Counted from the stretch's first letter, positions 18,759-29,188 are shown. The stretch is 64,000 bases of DNA from Gammaproteobacteria bacterium (GCA_026710545.1 JAPOQU010000095.1:4932-68931), one strand, 5' to 3'. Notes: a model not told the origin generated them from the sequence alone. Translations and numbers: made by a program.

Positions 18759-19979
18759 TCAATGTTGTTTCCAGTTACCGGTCAGCTCAAGAAACTGATC
18801 TACTTCCTCTGCATTGTTATAAAGCGCGATACCGACCCGAAGGTGGGACTGGTTATCGCTGATGTTTATTTTAACCCCGCCTGCCTTGAGATCATGCCGA
18901 ACCTCTTTGGCGTCTCGCCCGTGTTGAAACGTGACAATAGACGCTGCATTGCCGGCAGGTGTGTCGATGTCAAATCCCTGTGATGCCAGGCCTGCGCGCA
19001 GCCGATGGGCCAGGCCGACCGTATGGCGCTCAATATTAGCGACACCTATCCCAAGAATATATTCCAGCGCCGCATTGAGGTGATAGACAGCGCCGAATGA
19101 CATGGTGGCATACTGATATTTACGTCCATCCGTGTGGAGTCTGTATTGATGGTCACCCAGTGCCTCTGCCGCCTGGAAACCACCGGAACGGTCCGTGCTC
19201 ACCAGGTCCAAAAGTTCTTTGCGTACATAAAACGGCGCCACACCATAACCGGCCAGCAACCACTTGTAACTGCCGCTGGTAAGGAAATCGACGTCAACGG
19301 CTTTCACATCCAGGGCCAGCATGCCTATGCCCTGTATGGCGTCGGCATACAGGTAGCCGCCCTGTTCATGGACAAGATCTGCCAAGGCCTGCAGGTCCTG
19401 GCGATAACCGTTGAAATGGGACACCCAGGACACGGAGATTAATCGCGTGCGCTCGTCCACATGTGGCGCAAACGACTCCGGCGGCGTTGCTCCGTTTATA
19501 TTCCGCACGATCCGTACCTCGATCCCCAGTTTTTCCTTCAAGTGCTGATAGAGGACATAGGTGGACTGGTAATGAAGATCATCAATGACCACATTGTCGC
19601 CTGCCTGCATGTTCAACGCCCGTGAGACGATGTTTTCACCGTCACTGGTCGCATAGAGCAATCCAACCTCTTCCCGCTCCGCGCCTATCAATCCGGCAAA
19701 GCGTTCACGCACAACTTCTGATTCATGCATCATTTCCGGCACATTTGGCGGGTTGTGACCTATTGAACCAAGGAAGGCCTGCGCCGCCCCGACCGCCTGC
19801 CTGGGTGAAAGCGCCGTGTAGGCTGAATCGAAAAATATGGTTTTCTGTACGCCGGGGAAATCAGCACGGACACCAAGAGGGTCCTGTGACGAAGAAGCAG
19901 GTTTTGCGCTTGTGGCGCCGGCCAGCAACGCGGAGGCAGCCGACGCTGCGCCCATAAATGCACGGCGAGTAAACAGCAT
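18759..19979 (-). CDS. class V aminotransferase-fold PLP enzyme with twin-arginine (Tat) signal
   Basis: 406-aa ORF. The N-terminus is MLFTRRAFMGAASAASALLAGATSA, and the SGSYKWL block contains the presumed PLP lysine. Confidence 0.75.
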   Translation of the reverse strand: MLFTRRAFMGAASAASALLAGATSAKPASSSQDPLGVRADFPGVQKTIFFDSAYTALSPRQAVGAAQAFLGSIGHNPPNVPEMMHESEVVRERFAGLIGAEREEVGLLYATSDGENIVSRALNMQAGDNVVIDDLHYQSTYVLYQHLKEKLGIEVRIVRNINGATPPESFAPHVDERTRLISVSWVSHFNGYRQDLQALADLVHEQGGYLYADAIQGIGMLALDVKAVDVDFLTSGSYKWLLAGYGVAPFYVRKELLDLVSTDRSGGFQAAEALGDHQYRLHTDGRKYQYATMSFGAVYHLNAALEYILGIGVANIERHTVGLAHRLRAGLASQGFDIDTPAGNAASIVTFQHGRDAKEVRHDLKAGGVKINISDNQSHLRVGIALYNNAEEVDQFLELTGNWKQH

Positions 19980-20050
19980 TGTAATATCTCCGAAATACCC
20001 CTGATAATATAATGTAATAGAAAACAGCCAGGATATCAGGAATTATAAGA

Positions 20051-21427
20051 ATGAAAATCAGGTCAATCACGTTATTTGCAGCTCCCCTGGCATCTATTCT
20101 GCTGTACTTCCTGCTGCGCCATTTTGATATTGAATACGTCATCGCCGTAACCGCGGCAATAACCCTGCTGACCGCAACCTGGTGGGTCACCGAGACCATT
20201 CCGATACCGGCGACCTCGCTGATCCCGTTCTTTGCATTCCCGCTGGCCAACGTCCTGACCCACAGGGAAGCGGCGGCGGGCCTGGGCAGCCCGGTGATCC
20301 TGTTGCTGATGGGCGGTTTCATGCTGGCGAAATCCCTGGAAAAGTCCGGTGTCCACCGGCGTTTTGCCCTGGCGCTCCTGCATACGGTAGGCGGCAGCGG
20401 TAAACGCATCGTGTTTGCCTTCATGTTGACAGCAGCGATGTTGTCCATGTGGATCAGCAACACGGCCACGACCCTGATATTGATTCCTATCGCGCTGGCG
20501 GTACTGAAACAGGTGGAGGACAAGGCACTGTCGATTGCGCTGGTTCTCGGACTGGCCCACTCGGCATCATTGGGGGGTGTGGCAACCCTGATAGGCACGC
20601 CGCCCAATATCATTTTCGCGGGCATCTATACAGAATTTACCGGCCTTGAATACACGTTCCTGGACTGGATGAAGATAGGCCTGCCGGTCGTCTTGTGCGG
20701 CCTGCCCCTGATGGCGTTGTGGCTGACCCGCAACGTCACGTGGAAAGAGACCCTGAGTTTGCCGGCAGCCGACCCGTGGCAGGCGAACGAGGTGCGCGTG
20801 CTTATCGTATTCGGAATCACCGTACTGTTATGGATAACACGCAGCGAACCGTTCGGAGGCTGGTCAGGCCTGTTGGGGACGCCGGGAGCAGGCGACGCTA
20901 CCGTTGCGCTGGCTGCCGTGGTTACCATGTTTCTGTTGCCCTCCGGCAAGGGCGACCGGTTGCTCGACTGGAAGACAGCTTCAGATATCCCCTGGGGCAT
21001 GTTGTTGCTTTTCGCCAGCGGCATCACCCTCGCCAAGGCATTTTCATCCAGCGGCCTTGCCGAGCTGATCGCTCAAAACCTCGCAGTCCTGGCCAGGTTT
21101 CCCCTGCCCGTACTGCTTCTGTGCATCTGCCTGGGCGTGACCTTCCTGACCGAGATTACTTCAAATACGGCGACAACCACGTTGCTGATGCCAATTTTCG
21201 CGGCAACGGCAATGGCCGTGGGCGTCAGCCCGGAATTGATGATGATCCCGGCCGCGATGTCGGCAACCTGCGCCTTCATGCTGCCGGTGGCTACCGTCCC
21301 CAATGCTATCGTGTTCGGCACCGGCTACGTCACCATCCGGGAAATGGTGAAGGGGGGATTCGTGCTGAACCTGATACTGGCGGTCGTGATAACCCTGGTG
21401 TGTTACCTGGCCCTGGGCCAGGGGTGA
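20051..21427 (+). CDS. DASS/SLC13-family anion:sodium symporter
   Basis: 458-aa polytopic ORF with two SNTATT hairpin motifs (WISNTATT, EITSNTATT). Confidence 0.8.
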   Translation: MKIRSITLFAAPLASILLYFLLRHFDIEYVIAVTAAITLLTATWWVTETIPIPATSLIPFFAFPLANVLTHREAAAGLGSPVILLLMGGFMLAKSLEKSGVHRRFALALLHTVGGSGKRIVFAFMLTAAMLSMWISNTATTLILIPIALAVLKQVEDKALSIALVLGLAHSASLGGVATLIGTPPNIIFAGIYTEFTGLEYTFLDWMKIGLPVVLCGLPLMALWLTRNVTWKETLSLPAADPWQANEVRVLIVFGITVLLWITRSEPFGGWSGLLGTPGAGDATVALAAVVTMFLLPSGKGDRLLDWKTASDIPWGMLLLFASGITLAKAFSSSGLAELIAQNLAVLARFPLPVLLLCICLGVTFLTEITSNTATTTLLMPIFAATAMAVGVSPELMMIPAAMSATCAFMLPVATVPNAIVFGTGYVTIREMVKGGFVLNLILAVVITLVCYLALGQG

Positions 21428-21467
21428 TTCATGTAAATGGACAGGGAAGGCAGGGCAGGGTGAGTTT

Positions 21468-21492
21468 GGGGACAGAATTGAATTCTGTCCCC
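21468..21492. repeat. GGGGACAGAATTGAATTCTGTCCCC palindrome (GGGGAC family)
   Basis: Perfect palindrome between convergent genes. The same or near-same sequence occurs at 22062, 30347, 55737, 62576 and 62643. Confidence 0.85.
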
Positions 21493-21504
21493 GGCGGCGA
21501 ACCC

Positions 21505-22050
21505 TCACTTCCACAACATGCGTTTGAGCGTGTCGTCCCTGTTGCCGAAATGATGTTTCAACGCCGCGCCGGCATGCCCCGCAACCAGGAACAGGGTGGC
21601 GTATGCCAGGTAGTAGTGGATGTCTATGGCAAGCTCCCTGAGTTCCTCATCCACGTCCACCACAGGGGGTATGTCAAACCAGTCGAAAAACTGGATGGGT
21701 TTTCCCGCGGAAGTGGAAATCAGGTAACCGGTGATAGGTATCAGCAGCATCATGCCCCACAGAATATAGTGCATGATCCTGGCCCCGTTCCTTTCCCAGG
21801 TCTGTAAATCAGCCAGTGGACCCGGTGCAGGGGTATACCTCTGCCAGCCCAGTTTGAACAGCGCCAGGGCCAGCGCCAGGATACCCAGGGATTTATGGTA
21901 ATGCAGCGAATCGTTATACCACTTGTCATAGTAGGTCAGATCCACCATGTACCAGCCCAGCCAGATCAGGCCGAGAATGAGAATCGCGATCAGCCAGTGC
22001 AGCAACTTGCTGAACAGGCCAAACCCGGACAAGGTGTTTTTGATCAACAT
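21505..22050 (-). CDS. cytochrome b561 family protein
   Basis: Start set at the internal ATG at 22050 (MLIKNTLSGFGLFSKLLHW). Four TM helices with conserved His residues. Paired with yceI as in many genomes. Confidence 0.75.
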   Translation of the reverse strand: MLIKNTLSGFGLFSKLLHWLIAILILGLIWLGWYMVDLTYYDKWYNDSLHYHKSLGILALALALFKLGWQRYTPAPGPLADLQTWERNGARIMHYILWGMMLLIPITGYLISTSAGKPIQFFDWFDIPPVVDVDEELRELAIDIHYYLAYATLFLVAGHAGAALKHHFGNRDDTLKRMLWK

Positions 22051-22061
22051 CCAAAAGTGCC

Positions 22062-22086
22062 GGGGACAGATTTGAAATCTGTCCCC
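22062..22086. repeat. GGGGACAGATTTGAAATCTGTCCCC palindrome (GGGGAC family)
   Basis: Lies in the 55-bp gap between yceI and the b561 gene. Confidence 0.85.
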
Positions 22087-22105
22087 AATCCGGTTCTCGT
22101 CGCTG

Positions 22106-22687
22106 CTATTTCCTGACGCCTTCGATATACAGGTCCAGTTCCATCTCGTCCGACCTGGGGCCGAGGTCATACATCATGCCGAAGTCCGAACGGCGTAATG
22201 TCACATTGCCCTCAAAACCGGCGCGATAGCCGCCCCAGGGATCATCCCCTTCGCCGATAAATTCGATATCTATAGTGATGGGCTTGCTGACGCCGTGCAG
22301 GGTCAGTATACCATCCAGCTTGCCGCCGGCGGCGTCACCGTTGTACTTCGTGCTCTTGAAGGTCGCTTCCGGGTATTTTTCCACGTCCAGGAAATCCGCT
22401 TCCCGGAGGTGCTTATCCCGTTCCGCATGGTTTGAATCGAGACTGGCCGTTTGAATTGTCACGTTTATCGACGAGGCTTCAGGGTTGTCCTTATCCCAAG
22501 TGAAGGATCCGCCGAAGTCGTTAAAGCGGCCGGTCAAAACACTGTAGCCAAGGTGGATTATCCGGAACTGGATTGCCGCGTGCATACCTTCAATGTCAAT
22601 TTCGTATTCAGCCGCAACGGCACCTCTGCTAAGCGCTAAGAAGGTGGAAGAAAGCAGTACAATATACAGAATACGTTTTAATCTCAT
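22106..22687 (-). CDS. yceI: YceI-family periplasmic protein
   Basis: 193-aa ORF with a signal peptide plus GRFNDFGGSF, SLDSNHAERDKHLR and DFLDVEKYPEATF blocks. Confidence 0.85.
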   Translation of the reverse strand: MRLKRILYIVLLSSTFLALSRGAVAAEYEIDIEGMHAAIQFRIIHLGYSVLTGRFNDFGGSFTWDKDNPEASSINVTIQTASLDSNHAERDKHLREADFLDVEKYPEATFKSTKYNGDAAGGKLDGILTLHGVSKPITIDIEFIGEGDDPWGGYRAGFEGNVTLRRSDFGMMYDLGPRSDEMELDLYIEGVRK

Positions 22688-22765
22688 AACATGTCTCCTT
22701 AAAGTCCTGGTCTGAAACGGGACTGTTGATTATAAAACAGCCTCAATAAAAATAAAGGAGGCCAT

Positions 22766-24337
22766 TCAGGCAAGCAGCCCGCCCCAGTGGTCGGCTACAT
22801 GCCTGGCAGAGCGCAGCGCGACTGCGTGGGCGGTGAAGGTGGAGTTGACACTGGAACTGGTAGGGAAGACGCTGGGTCCGCCGATGATGACGTTAGGCAC
22901 ATCGTGCAGTTGCGCATACTCGTTGGTCACCGAGGTATTCCTGTCCCTGCCCATGATGGTGCCGCCCATGATGTGCTGTCCGCCCGGAGGACTGTGCCAG
23001 GCTTCGATCGCGCCGGCCGCCTTGAAGATCTCCACGCCCAGGTCAGCCGTTTCCCGCCAGAGGTTGCGGGCATAATCATCCAGGTTGAAGGTGGACCGCG
23101 CCAGGCGCATTCCGAACCTGTCCTTGCTGTCGGTAAGCTCGATACGGTTGTCCCCGTGGGGCAGGCATTCGCAGACCCCGACCATGGCGCCGAAGTGGCG
23201 GCTGCCCCGTTTGACGAAATCGTGCAGATCGTTCCCGAACAGCTCTGCCCGGCTCATGGCAATACCCAGCAGGTCATTCGGTTTGGTGCCCAGGCCGATC
23301 TCCCATTGCCGGCTGCCGAATATCTCCTTGCCTTTATCCTTGTCGAAACCATCCTGGCTGAATAACTGGCCGCCGGACACGCCCTGGTAACAATGTGTCT
23401 CCTCCCTGAACATGCCGAAGATATTGACGGCAGGGTGGGACATCAGGTAACGGCCCAGCGTGTCGCTTGAGTTACCCAGGCCCCCGGGATGGTTACCGGT
23501 CGCCGAGTTCAGCAAGATACGGCAGTTCTCAACGGTGAACGCGGCGACGACCACCGCGTCCGCCAACTGTTCATGGCGTTCCCCGGTTTTGTCATAGTAT
23601 TCAACGCCCGTGGCTTTGTTCCCGTTCCGGTCCGTCAACACCCGGGTAACGTAGCTGTCAGGCTGTAATACGGCGCCTGCCGCGGTCGCCCTGGGCAGGT
23701 ATTCGACCAGGGGGTTGGCCAGGGCGCCGGTGGGACACCCCGCATCGCACCAACTGTCATAAATACAGGCCGGTCTTCCCTTGTAATCCTGTGACAGGAT
23801 GGCCACCGGGATAGGCGACGTACGCAGGTCCAGCGCCTCGAAGCCGCGCGCCAGGACCTCGCCATGCACGAATACGGGCAGGGGCGGCAACGGGTAAGGC
23901 GCTCCCGGCGGCCGCCAGATTTCCTTTTCCGCATCGCCGGACATGCCAACGTCTGCCTGGACCTGGTCGTACCAGGGACGGAGTTGATCGTATTCCAGGG
24001 GCCAGTCCAGTCCCTTGCCAAAGCGCGAGTACTCCTGCAGGTCTTCCGGGTGGTATCTCGGCCAGACGCCGTAGTGATGCATTGCCGCGCCGCCGTAGCC
24101 GTTGCCGGCATTGAAGTTATACCAGATGCTGTCCTTGCCCGCTTCAAATACGTGGGGCGCGCCCCACTTCAGGCGCCTGGCCCAGATCTGCGAACTGTAT
24201 AAATCGGTCAGTTTGCGGTCAGTGCCTTTTTCCAGCACCAGGACGCTCTTGCCGGCCTCGGCAAATACGGCCGCATAAACACTGCCGGCCGCGCCGCTGC
24301 CGACGATTACCACATCCACTTTCTCGGGATTTTTCAC
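22766..24337 (-). CDS. GMC-family FAD oxidoreductase (large subunit of a gluconate-2-dehydrogenase-like complex)
   Basis: VDVVIVGSGAAGS Rossmann motif. I chose the GTG start at 24337, 1 nt downstream of the upstream gene's stop codon. Confidence 0.85.
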   Translation of the reverse strand: MKNPEKVDVVIVGSGAAGSVYAAVFAEAGKSVLVLEKGTDRKLTDLYSSQIWARRLKWGAPHVFEAGKDSIWYNFNAGNGYGGAAMHHYGVWPRYHPEDLQEYSRFGKGLDWPLEYDQLRPWYDQVQADVGMSGDAEKEIWRPPGAPYPLPPLPVFVHGEVLARGFEALDLRTSPIPVAILSQDYKGRPACIYDSWCDAGCPTGALANPLVEYLPRATAAGAVLQPDSYVTRVLTDRNGNKATGVEYYDKTGERHEQLADAVVVAAFTVENCRILLNSATGNHPGGLGNSSDTLGRYLMSHPAVNIFGMFREETHCYQGVSGGQLFSQDGFDKDKGKEIFGSRQWEIGLGTKPNDLLGIAMSRAELFGNDLHDFVKRGSRHFGAMVGVCECLPHGDNRIELTDSKDRFGMRLARSTFNLDDYARNLWRETADLGVEIFKAAGAIEAWHSPPGGQHIMGGTIMGRDRNTSVTNEYAQLHDVPNVIIGGPSVFPTSSSVNSTFTAHAVALRSARHVADHWGGLLA

Positions 24338-24338
24338 G

Positions 24339-24893
24339 TCACCACGCCCGCGGCGGTTCGATATGCGCCAGGTAGGGAATGCCCAGGTCGGCAAAGCCTT
24401 CCATGGTGCCGTACACCACGTCCACCGCGTCATTGCGCAGGGCGTGATATACCAGCGGCGGCGGCGGGCCGTTCCAGCCGGGCACGTTCCCGTCCCGCAA
24501 CGATTCGATCAGCGCTGCCGCGCCGGACGGGTCCAGGTCGGTGATGCTCTTTCCATAAACCGTTTCACATGCACGGCTTATTTCCGCCAGCGCCGGCCGG
24601 TAAAAATCGACATAGGGCGGCTGGACGTTAAACCACTTGATGAACAACAGGCTGTCGTCCGGGTCAAGCGGCAACTGGTGGTCGACGAAATGCGCTACGC
24701 CGTTCTCCCCGGCGCCGGGCAACAGGTGATCGCAGATCGCTTCCAGGGTTTCGACTTCCGCCCGGTCCAGGACTGAAAACGGCATCTCCCTTGCATAAGC
24801 CTCACGCGGGGTGAGCAGCAGCGTCCTGCCTGCCACGGTGAAGGTAACAGCAAGTCCTGACTGCCTGATGAAGTTTCTGCGGCTGAGTGACAT
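24339..24893 (-). CDS. gluconate 2-dehydrogenase subunit-3-family small subunit with Tat signal
   Basis: 184-aa ORF with MSLSRRNFIRQSGLAV, located immediately upstream of the GMC subunit. Confidence 0.7.
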   Translation of the reverse strand: MSLSRRNFIRQSGLAVTFTVAGRTLLLTPREAYAREMPFSVLDRAEVETLEAICDHLLPGAGENGVAHFVDHQLPLDPDDSLLFIKWFNVQPPYVDFYRPALAEISRACETVYGKSITDLDPSGAAALIESLRDGNVPGWNGPPPPLVYHALRNDAVDVVYGTMEGFADLGIPYLAHIEPPRAW

Positions 24894-24906
24894 GGCCGTT
24901 AATATA

Positions 24907-25311
24907 TCAGATAAGGCGCGTTGCGAACGTATCGATCCTCAGTTCCGTATGGCGCGCCAGAATATCAAAATCAACGTCGTTATGAAGAACGGGTACACCT
25001 GTGCGGATAGCCACAGCGCTTATCAAACAATCGAGCAACTTGCGAACTGTGTTTCCTTTCCGGCGGCATTGGCGATAAAGCGCGGCGGCACTGTCATAGT
25101 CTGCCGGTATCGTTGAAAGCACAACAGCTCGCGCCAGAAACCGTTGCAAGCTGCGCAAGTGTTGTTCATCTCGCGCCCCGGCAAGCACCTCCATCCACAC
25201 TGCATCGCATATTGCAACCTCGCCTTCCAGTAGCGCTTCAACACGATTACAGGTTACAGAACCTGTATCCCGAAGAAATTCGATCCACGCGGACGTGTCG
25301 ATCAGTATCAC
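24907..25311 (-). CDS. vapC: VapC-type PIN-domain toxin
   Basis: 134-aa ORF with MILIDTSAWIEF... and conserved acidic residues of the PIN fold. It overlaps the upstream antitoxin by 4 nt. Confidence 0.85.
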   Translation of the reverse strand: MILIDTSAWIEFLRDTGSVTCNRVEALLEGEVAICDAVWMEVLAGARDEQHLRSLQRFLARAVVLSTIPADYDSAAALYRQCRRKGNTVRKLLDCLISAVAIRTGVPVLHNDVDFDILARHTELRIDTFATRLI

Positions 25312-25511
25312 GTCAGACGGCTGGCTCGCATCTCGTCAAGATCCCCTTCCCAACCTGACCCGCGCATGCGCCGCGCTTCTTCGATGTTCAGGGGTTCAGC
25401 CGCAAGGGTACGCAACGCAAAGTTGACTGCCTCACGTTTCGTCGCCAGCCGGTAACGGCGCATTATCTCCGCGCAGGCTTCATCATCGATATTTATGTTA
25501 GTGCGTGACAT
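25308..25511 (-). CDS. vapB: VapB-type antitoxin
   Basis: Start at the internal ATG at 25511: MSRTNINIDDEACAEIMRRYRLATKREAVNFALRTL, 67 aa. Confidence 0.75.
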   Translation of the reverse strand: MSRTNINIDDEACAEIMRRYRLATKREAVNFALRTLAAEPLNIEEARRMRGSGWEGDLDEMRASRLT

Positions 25512-25572
25512 ACACCTAGTGTACACCAATGCACGATGACAGTCAATGAAGTATCTACCGTTTCGCAGGGAA

Positions 25573-27105
25573 TTACCGCCCAAAAAGTTCCAGCAGGTTC
25601 TGTACGAAGAAGAAACCGTAGAACAGGGCGGTGCAGGCAACCAGCCCGCGCGCCCACAAGGGACTCCTGACGGCCCGGGGCAGGGCCATGTGGTTGAGCA
25701 GCAGGATATGCACGGCGCTGACGACCAGGATAAACCCCGCGACGTTGGAGGAAATCAGCACCAGCGCCCTGGGCTGGGCCAGGTTGATGGCGATGCAGCC
25801 CCACAGCACGAAGGCACCCAGCAGGCAATAATACAGGCGCCTGATGTCGTTGCCGGCCATGCCCCTGACGCGCCCGCTCATACTCCAGATGAGATCGGTA
25901 TTGATACGCGCCATCATGTCGATGGTTACCAACTGGCTGCCGAACAGTATCCAGAAGCCGTTTACCAGGGTAACAAAACCCAGTAACTCGCCGCCCTCAC
26001 GGGCCAGGTATTCGGCCTGGAACGCGCCGATGGACAGGCCGCTCAATTGCGTCCCCGCGGGAACGACGTGGGCCGCCAGGATGCAGTTCAGGAACATGCC
26101 GACAAAACAACCCGCGGCCCAGACCAGTATCTGGTCACAGCGTACGTACTGCCACCACACCCGCCAGCGCGCCATGTTGGTCCCGTGCGCGGGAAAGACA
26201 CTGCCGACAGGTGAAACCACCACTTTCCTGCCGCCGACCAGGGTCGGGATATACCCCACCTCGCGCCCCATGCCTATCCCCTTGTCCCGCATGTAATTGC
26301 TCACGGTGAGGTTGGCCATGCCTCCCGCCCCGGCGAATGCGGCAAAACCACCGACCAATATCCAGCTTACATTATCCGGGATCAACAGGAATTCGAACCC
26401 GGGCGTCAAACCGAAAAAGCCCAGGACACCCGCCCACCAGGTCTCCGCAGGCACGATTAACAGGCATACGGACAACAGGAAACCGAACACGAATATCACC
26501 ATGAACCAGTTGACTATTTCCAGGGTGCGCTCGACCTTGTTGCCGAATGCGACTATGGCGGCACAGACAAGCAGGTTGATTATGCCCAACCAGCGCATGA
26601 TGGATTCATCACCCGGCCCCGGCATATGGCCGGTAAAGCCGGCGAATAACGGCGCCGCGGACGCCGCGGCCCAGGCCGGCCAGCCGGCATGAAAGAGGGA
26701 AAACAGGATATATATCCCGCCCCAGAACAGCGGATGGGGAGCAAGCCGCAAAAAACCGTTGATTACGGGTTCCCCCGTATAGACCGTGTAGCGGATAAAT
26801 TCGAGGTTCAGGGCAAGCTGTAAAATAATGGCGACGGTCACCACCCAGAGCATGGTGAAACCGTATTGCGTCACGACCAGGGGCCCCAGTACCCACTCCC
26901 CAAGACCGATGGACATGGACAGGACGATGGCGCCCGGGCCGATGATCCTGAGCGCGTTGCGGAAATTGAAATCCGGTGGTACAGGCAGGTCGGTTACGTT
27001 CCACGCCGGCCCGGTGCCGGGAGATGGCGGTAATTGGGAAGGGTCCGAAGCGCGTGAATCCGGAGCAGCCCTGTTATTGTTGGTTCGATCCTCGATCATG
27101 GACAT
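25573..27105 (-). CDS. NRAMP-family-like membrane transporter
   Basis: Polytopic ORF. IIGPGAIVLSMSIGLGEW in the first TM region resembles Nramp-related transporters. Start set at ATG 27105 (MSMIEDR). Confidence 0.55.
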   Translation of the reverse strand: MSMIEDRTNNNRAAPDSRASDPSQLPPSPGTGPAWNVTDLPVPPDFNFRNALRIIGPGAIVLSMSIGLGEWVLGPLVVTQYGFTMLWVVTVAIILQLALNLEFIRYTVYTGEPVINGFLRLAPHPLFWGGIYILFSLFHAGWPAWAAASAAPLFAGFTGHMPGPGDESIMRWLGIINLLVCAAIVAFGNKVERTLEIVNWFMVIFVFGFLLSVCLLIVPAETWWAGVLGFFGLTPGFEFLLIPDNVSWILVGGFAAFAGAGGMANLTVSNYMRDKGIGMGREVGYIPTLVGGRKVVVSPVGSVFPAHGTNMARWRVWWQYVRCDQILVWAAGCFVGMFLNCILAAHVVPAGTQLSGLSIGAFQAEYLAREGGELLGFVTLVNGFWILFGSQLVTIDMMARINTDLIWSMSGRVRGMAGNDIRRLYYCLLGAFVLWGCIAINLAQPRALVLISSNVAGFILVVSAVHILLLNHMALPRAVRSPLWARGLVACTALFYGFFFVQNLLELFGR

Positions 27106-27164
27106 TGTCCTGCTGCTGTATCGGGGATAATGATACACTATCCGTCCCTTCCCGGGCGCACCCC

Positions 27165-27212
27165 CCGTCAGTCCTGCGCTTGGCCGTAATCCCTGCGCAA
27201 GCGGGAACGACG
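27165..27212. repeat. REP-like palindrome family, copy 3
   Basis: CCGTCAGTCCTGCGCTTGG + CCGTAATCCCTGCGCAAGCGGGAACGACG. One frame translates as ...VIPAQAGT..., a common spurious-ORF signature of this repeat type. Confidence 0.7.
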
Positions 27213-27340
27213 TTGGCGTGGTAACTTTATGTAGTAAAATTTCTGCAAACATAGTACAATATATGCCGTTGTCGGACCTTTCTATGAGGCAGATGAGCTA
27301 TAGAAAATCCAGGGGCCGGGTACAGGACCCGTCTCTTGGT

Positions 27341-29188
27341 ATGTTTGAAATTGAGAATGTCATTATCCGTTTTGCCGGAGATTCCGGCGACGGCATCCAG
27401 ACGACGGGCGCCCTGTTCAGCCATGACTCGGCGATTGTCGGCCATGACATCAGCACCTTACCGGATTTCCCCGCCGAGATCCGCGCGCCTGCCGGCACCC
27501 TGGCGGGCGTAAGTAATTTTCAGCTTAATTTTTCCTCTTACGACATCCATACACCGGGGGACAAACCCGATGTCCTGGTGGCGCTCAACCCTGCAGCCCT
27601 GAAAATCAACCTGAAAGAGGTCAGGCACGGCGGCGTCCTGATATTGAATCACGATGCATTCGACGAGCAGGGCCTGAAAAAAGCCGGTTATACGAGCGAC
27701 CCCAGGAAAGATGAATCCCTGTCAGGCTACCAGGTATACGACCTGCCTATTACCTCGCTGACGGTCGCTGCCGTCAAATCATCCTGGTTGACGCGCAAAC
27801 AGGCGGCCCTGAGCAAGAACATGTTCACCCTGGGCATCATCGCATGGATGTATGACCGTTCCATCGAGGATATTATCGAACGCGTCGATCGGCTGTTCGC
27901 GAAGAAGAAACCGGAACTCGCCGAAGCCAACAAGCTGGCCCTGCAGGCAGGATACAACTATGCCGATACGGTCGAAGTGTTTACCGCGCGTTTCCGGGTA
28001 AGCAAAGCCGTGCTGCCGCCCGGGAACTACCGGCGTATCAGCGGCAATGAAGCGACCGCCCTGGGCTTCCTTGCGGCATCGGAGATGTCCGGCCGTTCAC
28101 TGTTCTACGCTTCCTATCCGATCACCCCTGCCAGTGACATCCTGCACGAGTTATCCAAATTGCGGCACTTCGGTGTAAAGACCTTCCAGGCCGAAGATGA
28201 AATCGCCGCCATCGGCATGGCAATCGGCGCCGCCTACGGCGGCGCGCTGGGCCTGACCGGCACCAGCGGGCCCGGCGTTGCCCTCAAGTCCGAGGCAATC
28301 GGCCTGGCCGTGATGACGGAACTGCCGGTTGTCATCGCCAACATACAACGGGCGGGGCCATCCACGGGGATGCCCACCAAGACCGAACAGGCGGACCTGC
28401 TGCAGGCCTTGCACGGACGCAACGGTGAATGTCCCGTGCCGGTTATCGCACCGACAACGCCGAGCGAATCCTTCAACCTGGCTATCGAGGCATTCCGCAT
28501 CGCCGTCAAGTACATGACGCCCGTATTCTTCCTGTCCGACGGTTACCTGGCGAACGGTTCCGAACCCTGGCGCATCCCGGAACCCGACGAGTTGCCCGAA
28601 TTCGAAGAGAATTACTGCACGGTCCCGGAGACCTTCGCGCCTTATGCGCGGGACGAGCAAACCCTGGCCCGGGCCTGGGTGGTGCCGGGCACCCCGGGAC
28701 TGGAACACCGCATCGGCGGCCTGGAAAAAGAGGACATCACCGGCCACGTCAGCTACGACTCCGAAAACCACGAGCGCATGGTGCAACTGCGCGCGGCGAA
28801 AATACAGGCCATCGCCGACGACATCCCGGACCTGGTCGTACACGGACCGCAAACAGGGGACCTGCTGGTCCTGGGCTGGGGCAGTACCAGGGGCGCCTGC
28901 CGCCACGCCGTCGAATACGCACAGGCAAACGGCTTGTCCGTAGCCGGGGCGCACGTGCGTTACCTCAACCCGTTCCCGAAAAACATGGGCGAAGTGCTGA
29001 ACAACTTCAAATACGTGCTGGTGCCGGAACTGAATCTCGGACAACTGCGCATGGTATTGCGCGCGGAATTTCTCGTTGACGCTATCGGGCTTAACAAGGT
29101 CCAGGGTCAACCGCTGAGCACGATGGAAATCGAGGAAAAGATATACGAGATCCTCGGCGCGACGCTTCCCAGCGCGGCACACGGCTGA
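27341..29188 (+). CDS. korA: 2-oxoacid:ferredoxin oxidoreductase, alpha subunit
   Basis: Start at ATG 27341 (MFEIENVIIRFAGDSGDGIQTTG). Length and blocks are typical of KorA. Confidence 0.85.
   Translation: MFEIENVIIRFAGDSGDGIQTTGALFSHDSAIVGHDISTLPDFPAEIRAPAGTLAGVSNFQLNFSSYDIHTPGDKPDVLVALNPAALKINLKEVRHGGVLILNHDAFDEQGLKKAGYTSDPRKDESLSGYQVYDLPITSLTVAAVKSSWLTRKQAALSKNMFTLGIIAWMYDRSIEDIIERVDRLFAKKKPELAEANKLALQAGYNYADTVEVFTARFRVSKAVLPPGNYRRISGNEATALGFLAASEMSGRSLFYASYPITPASDILHELSKLRHFGVKTFQAEDEIAAIGMAIGAAYGGALGLTGTSGPGVALKSEAIGLAVMTELPVVIANIQRAGPSTGMPTKTEQADLLQALHGRNGECPVPVIAPTTPSESFNLAIEAFRIAVKYMTPVFFLSDGYLANGSEPWRIPEPDELPEFEENYCTVPETFAPYARDEQTLARAWVVPGTPGLEHRIGGLEKEDITGHVSYDSENHERMVQLRAAKIQAIADDIPDLVVHGPQTGDLLVLGWGSTRGACRHAVEYAQANGLSVAGAHVRYLNPFPKNMGEVLNNFKYVLVPELNLGQLRMVLRAEFLVDAIGLNKVQGQPLSTMEIEEKIYEILGATLPSAAHG

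Noticed and set aside
21468-21492. Calling the GGGGAC...GTCCCC hairpins Rho-independent terminators.
   Set aside because: They lack a downstream T-tract on either strand, recur as a sequence family, and in one case lie within a short intra-operon gap. A REP-like element is the better description.
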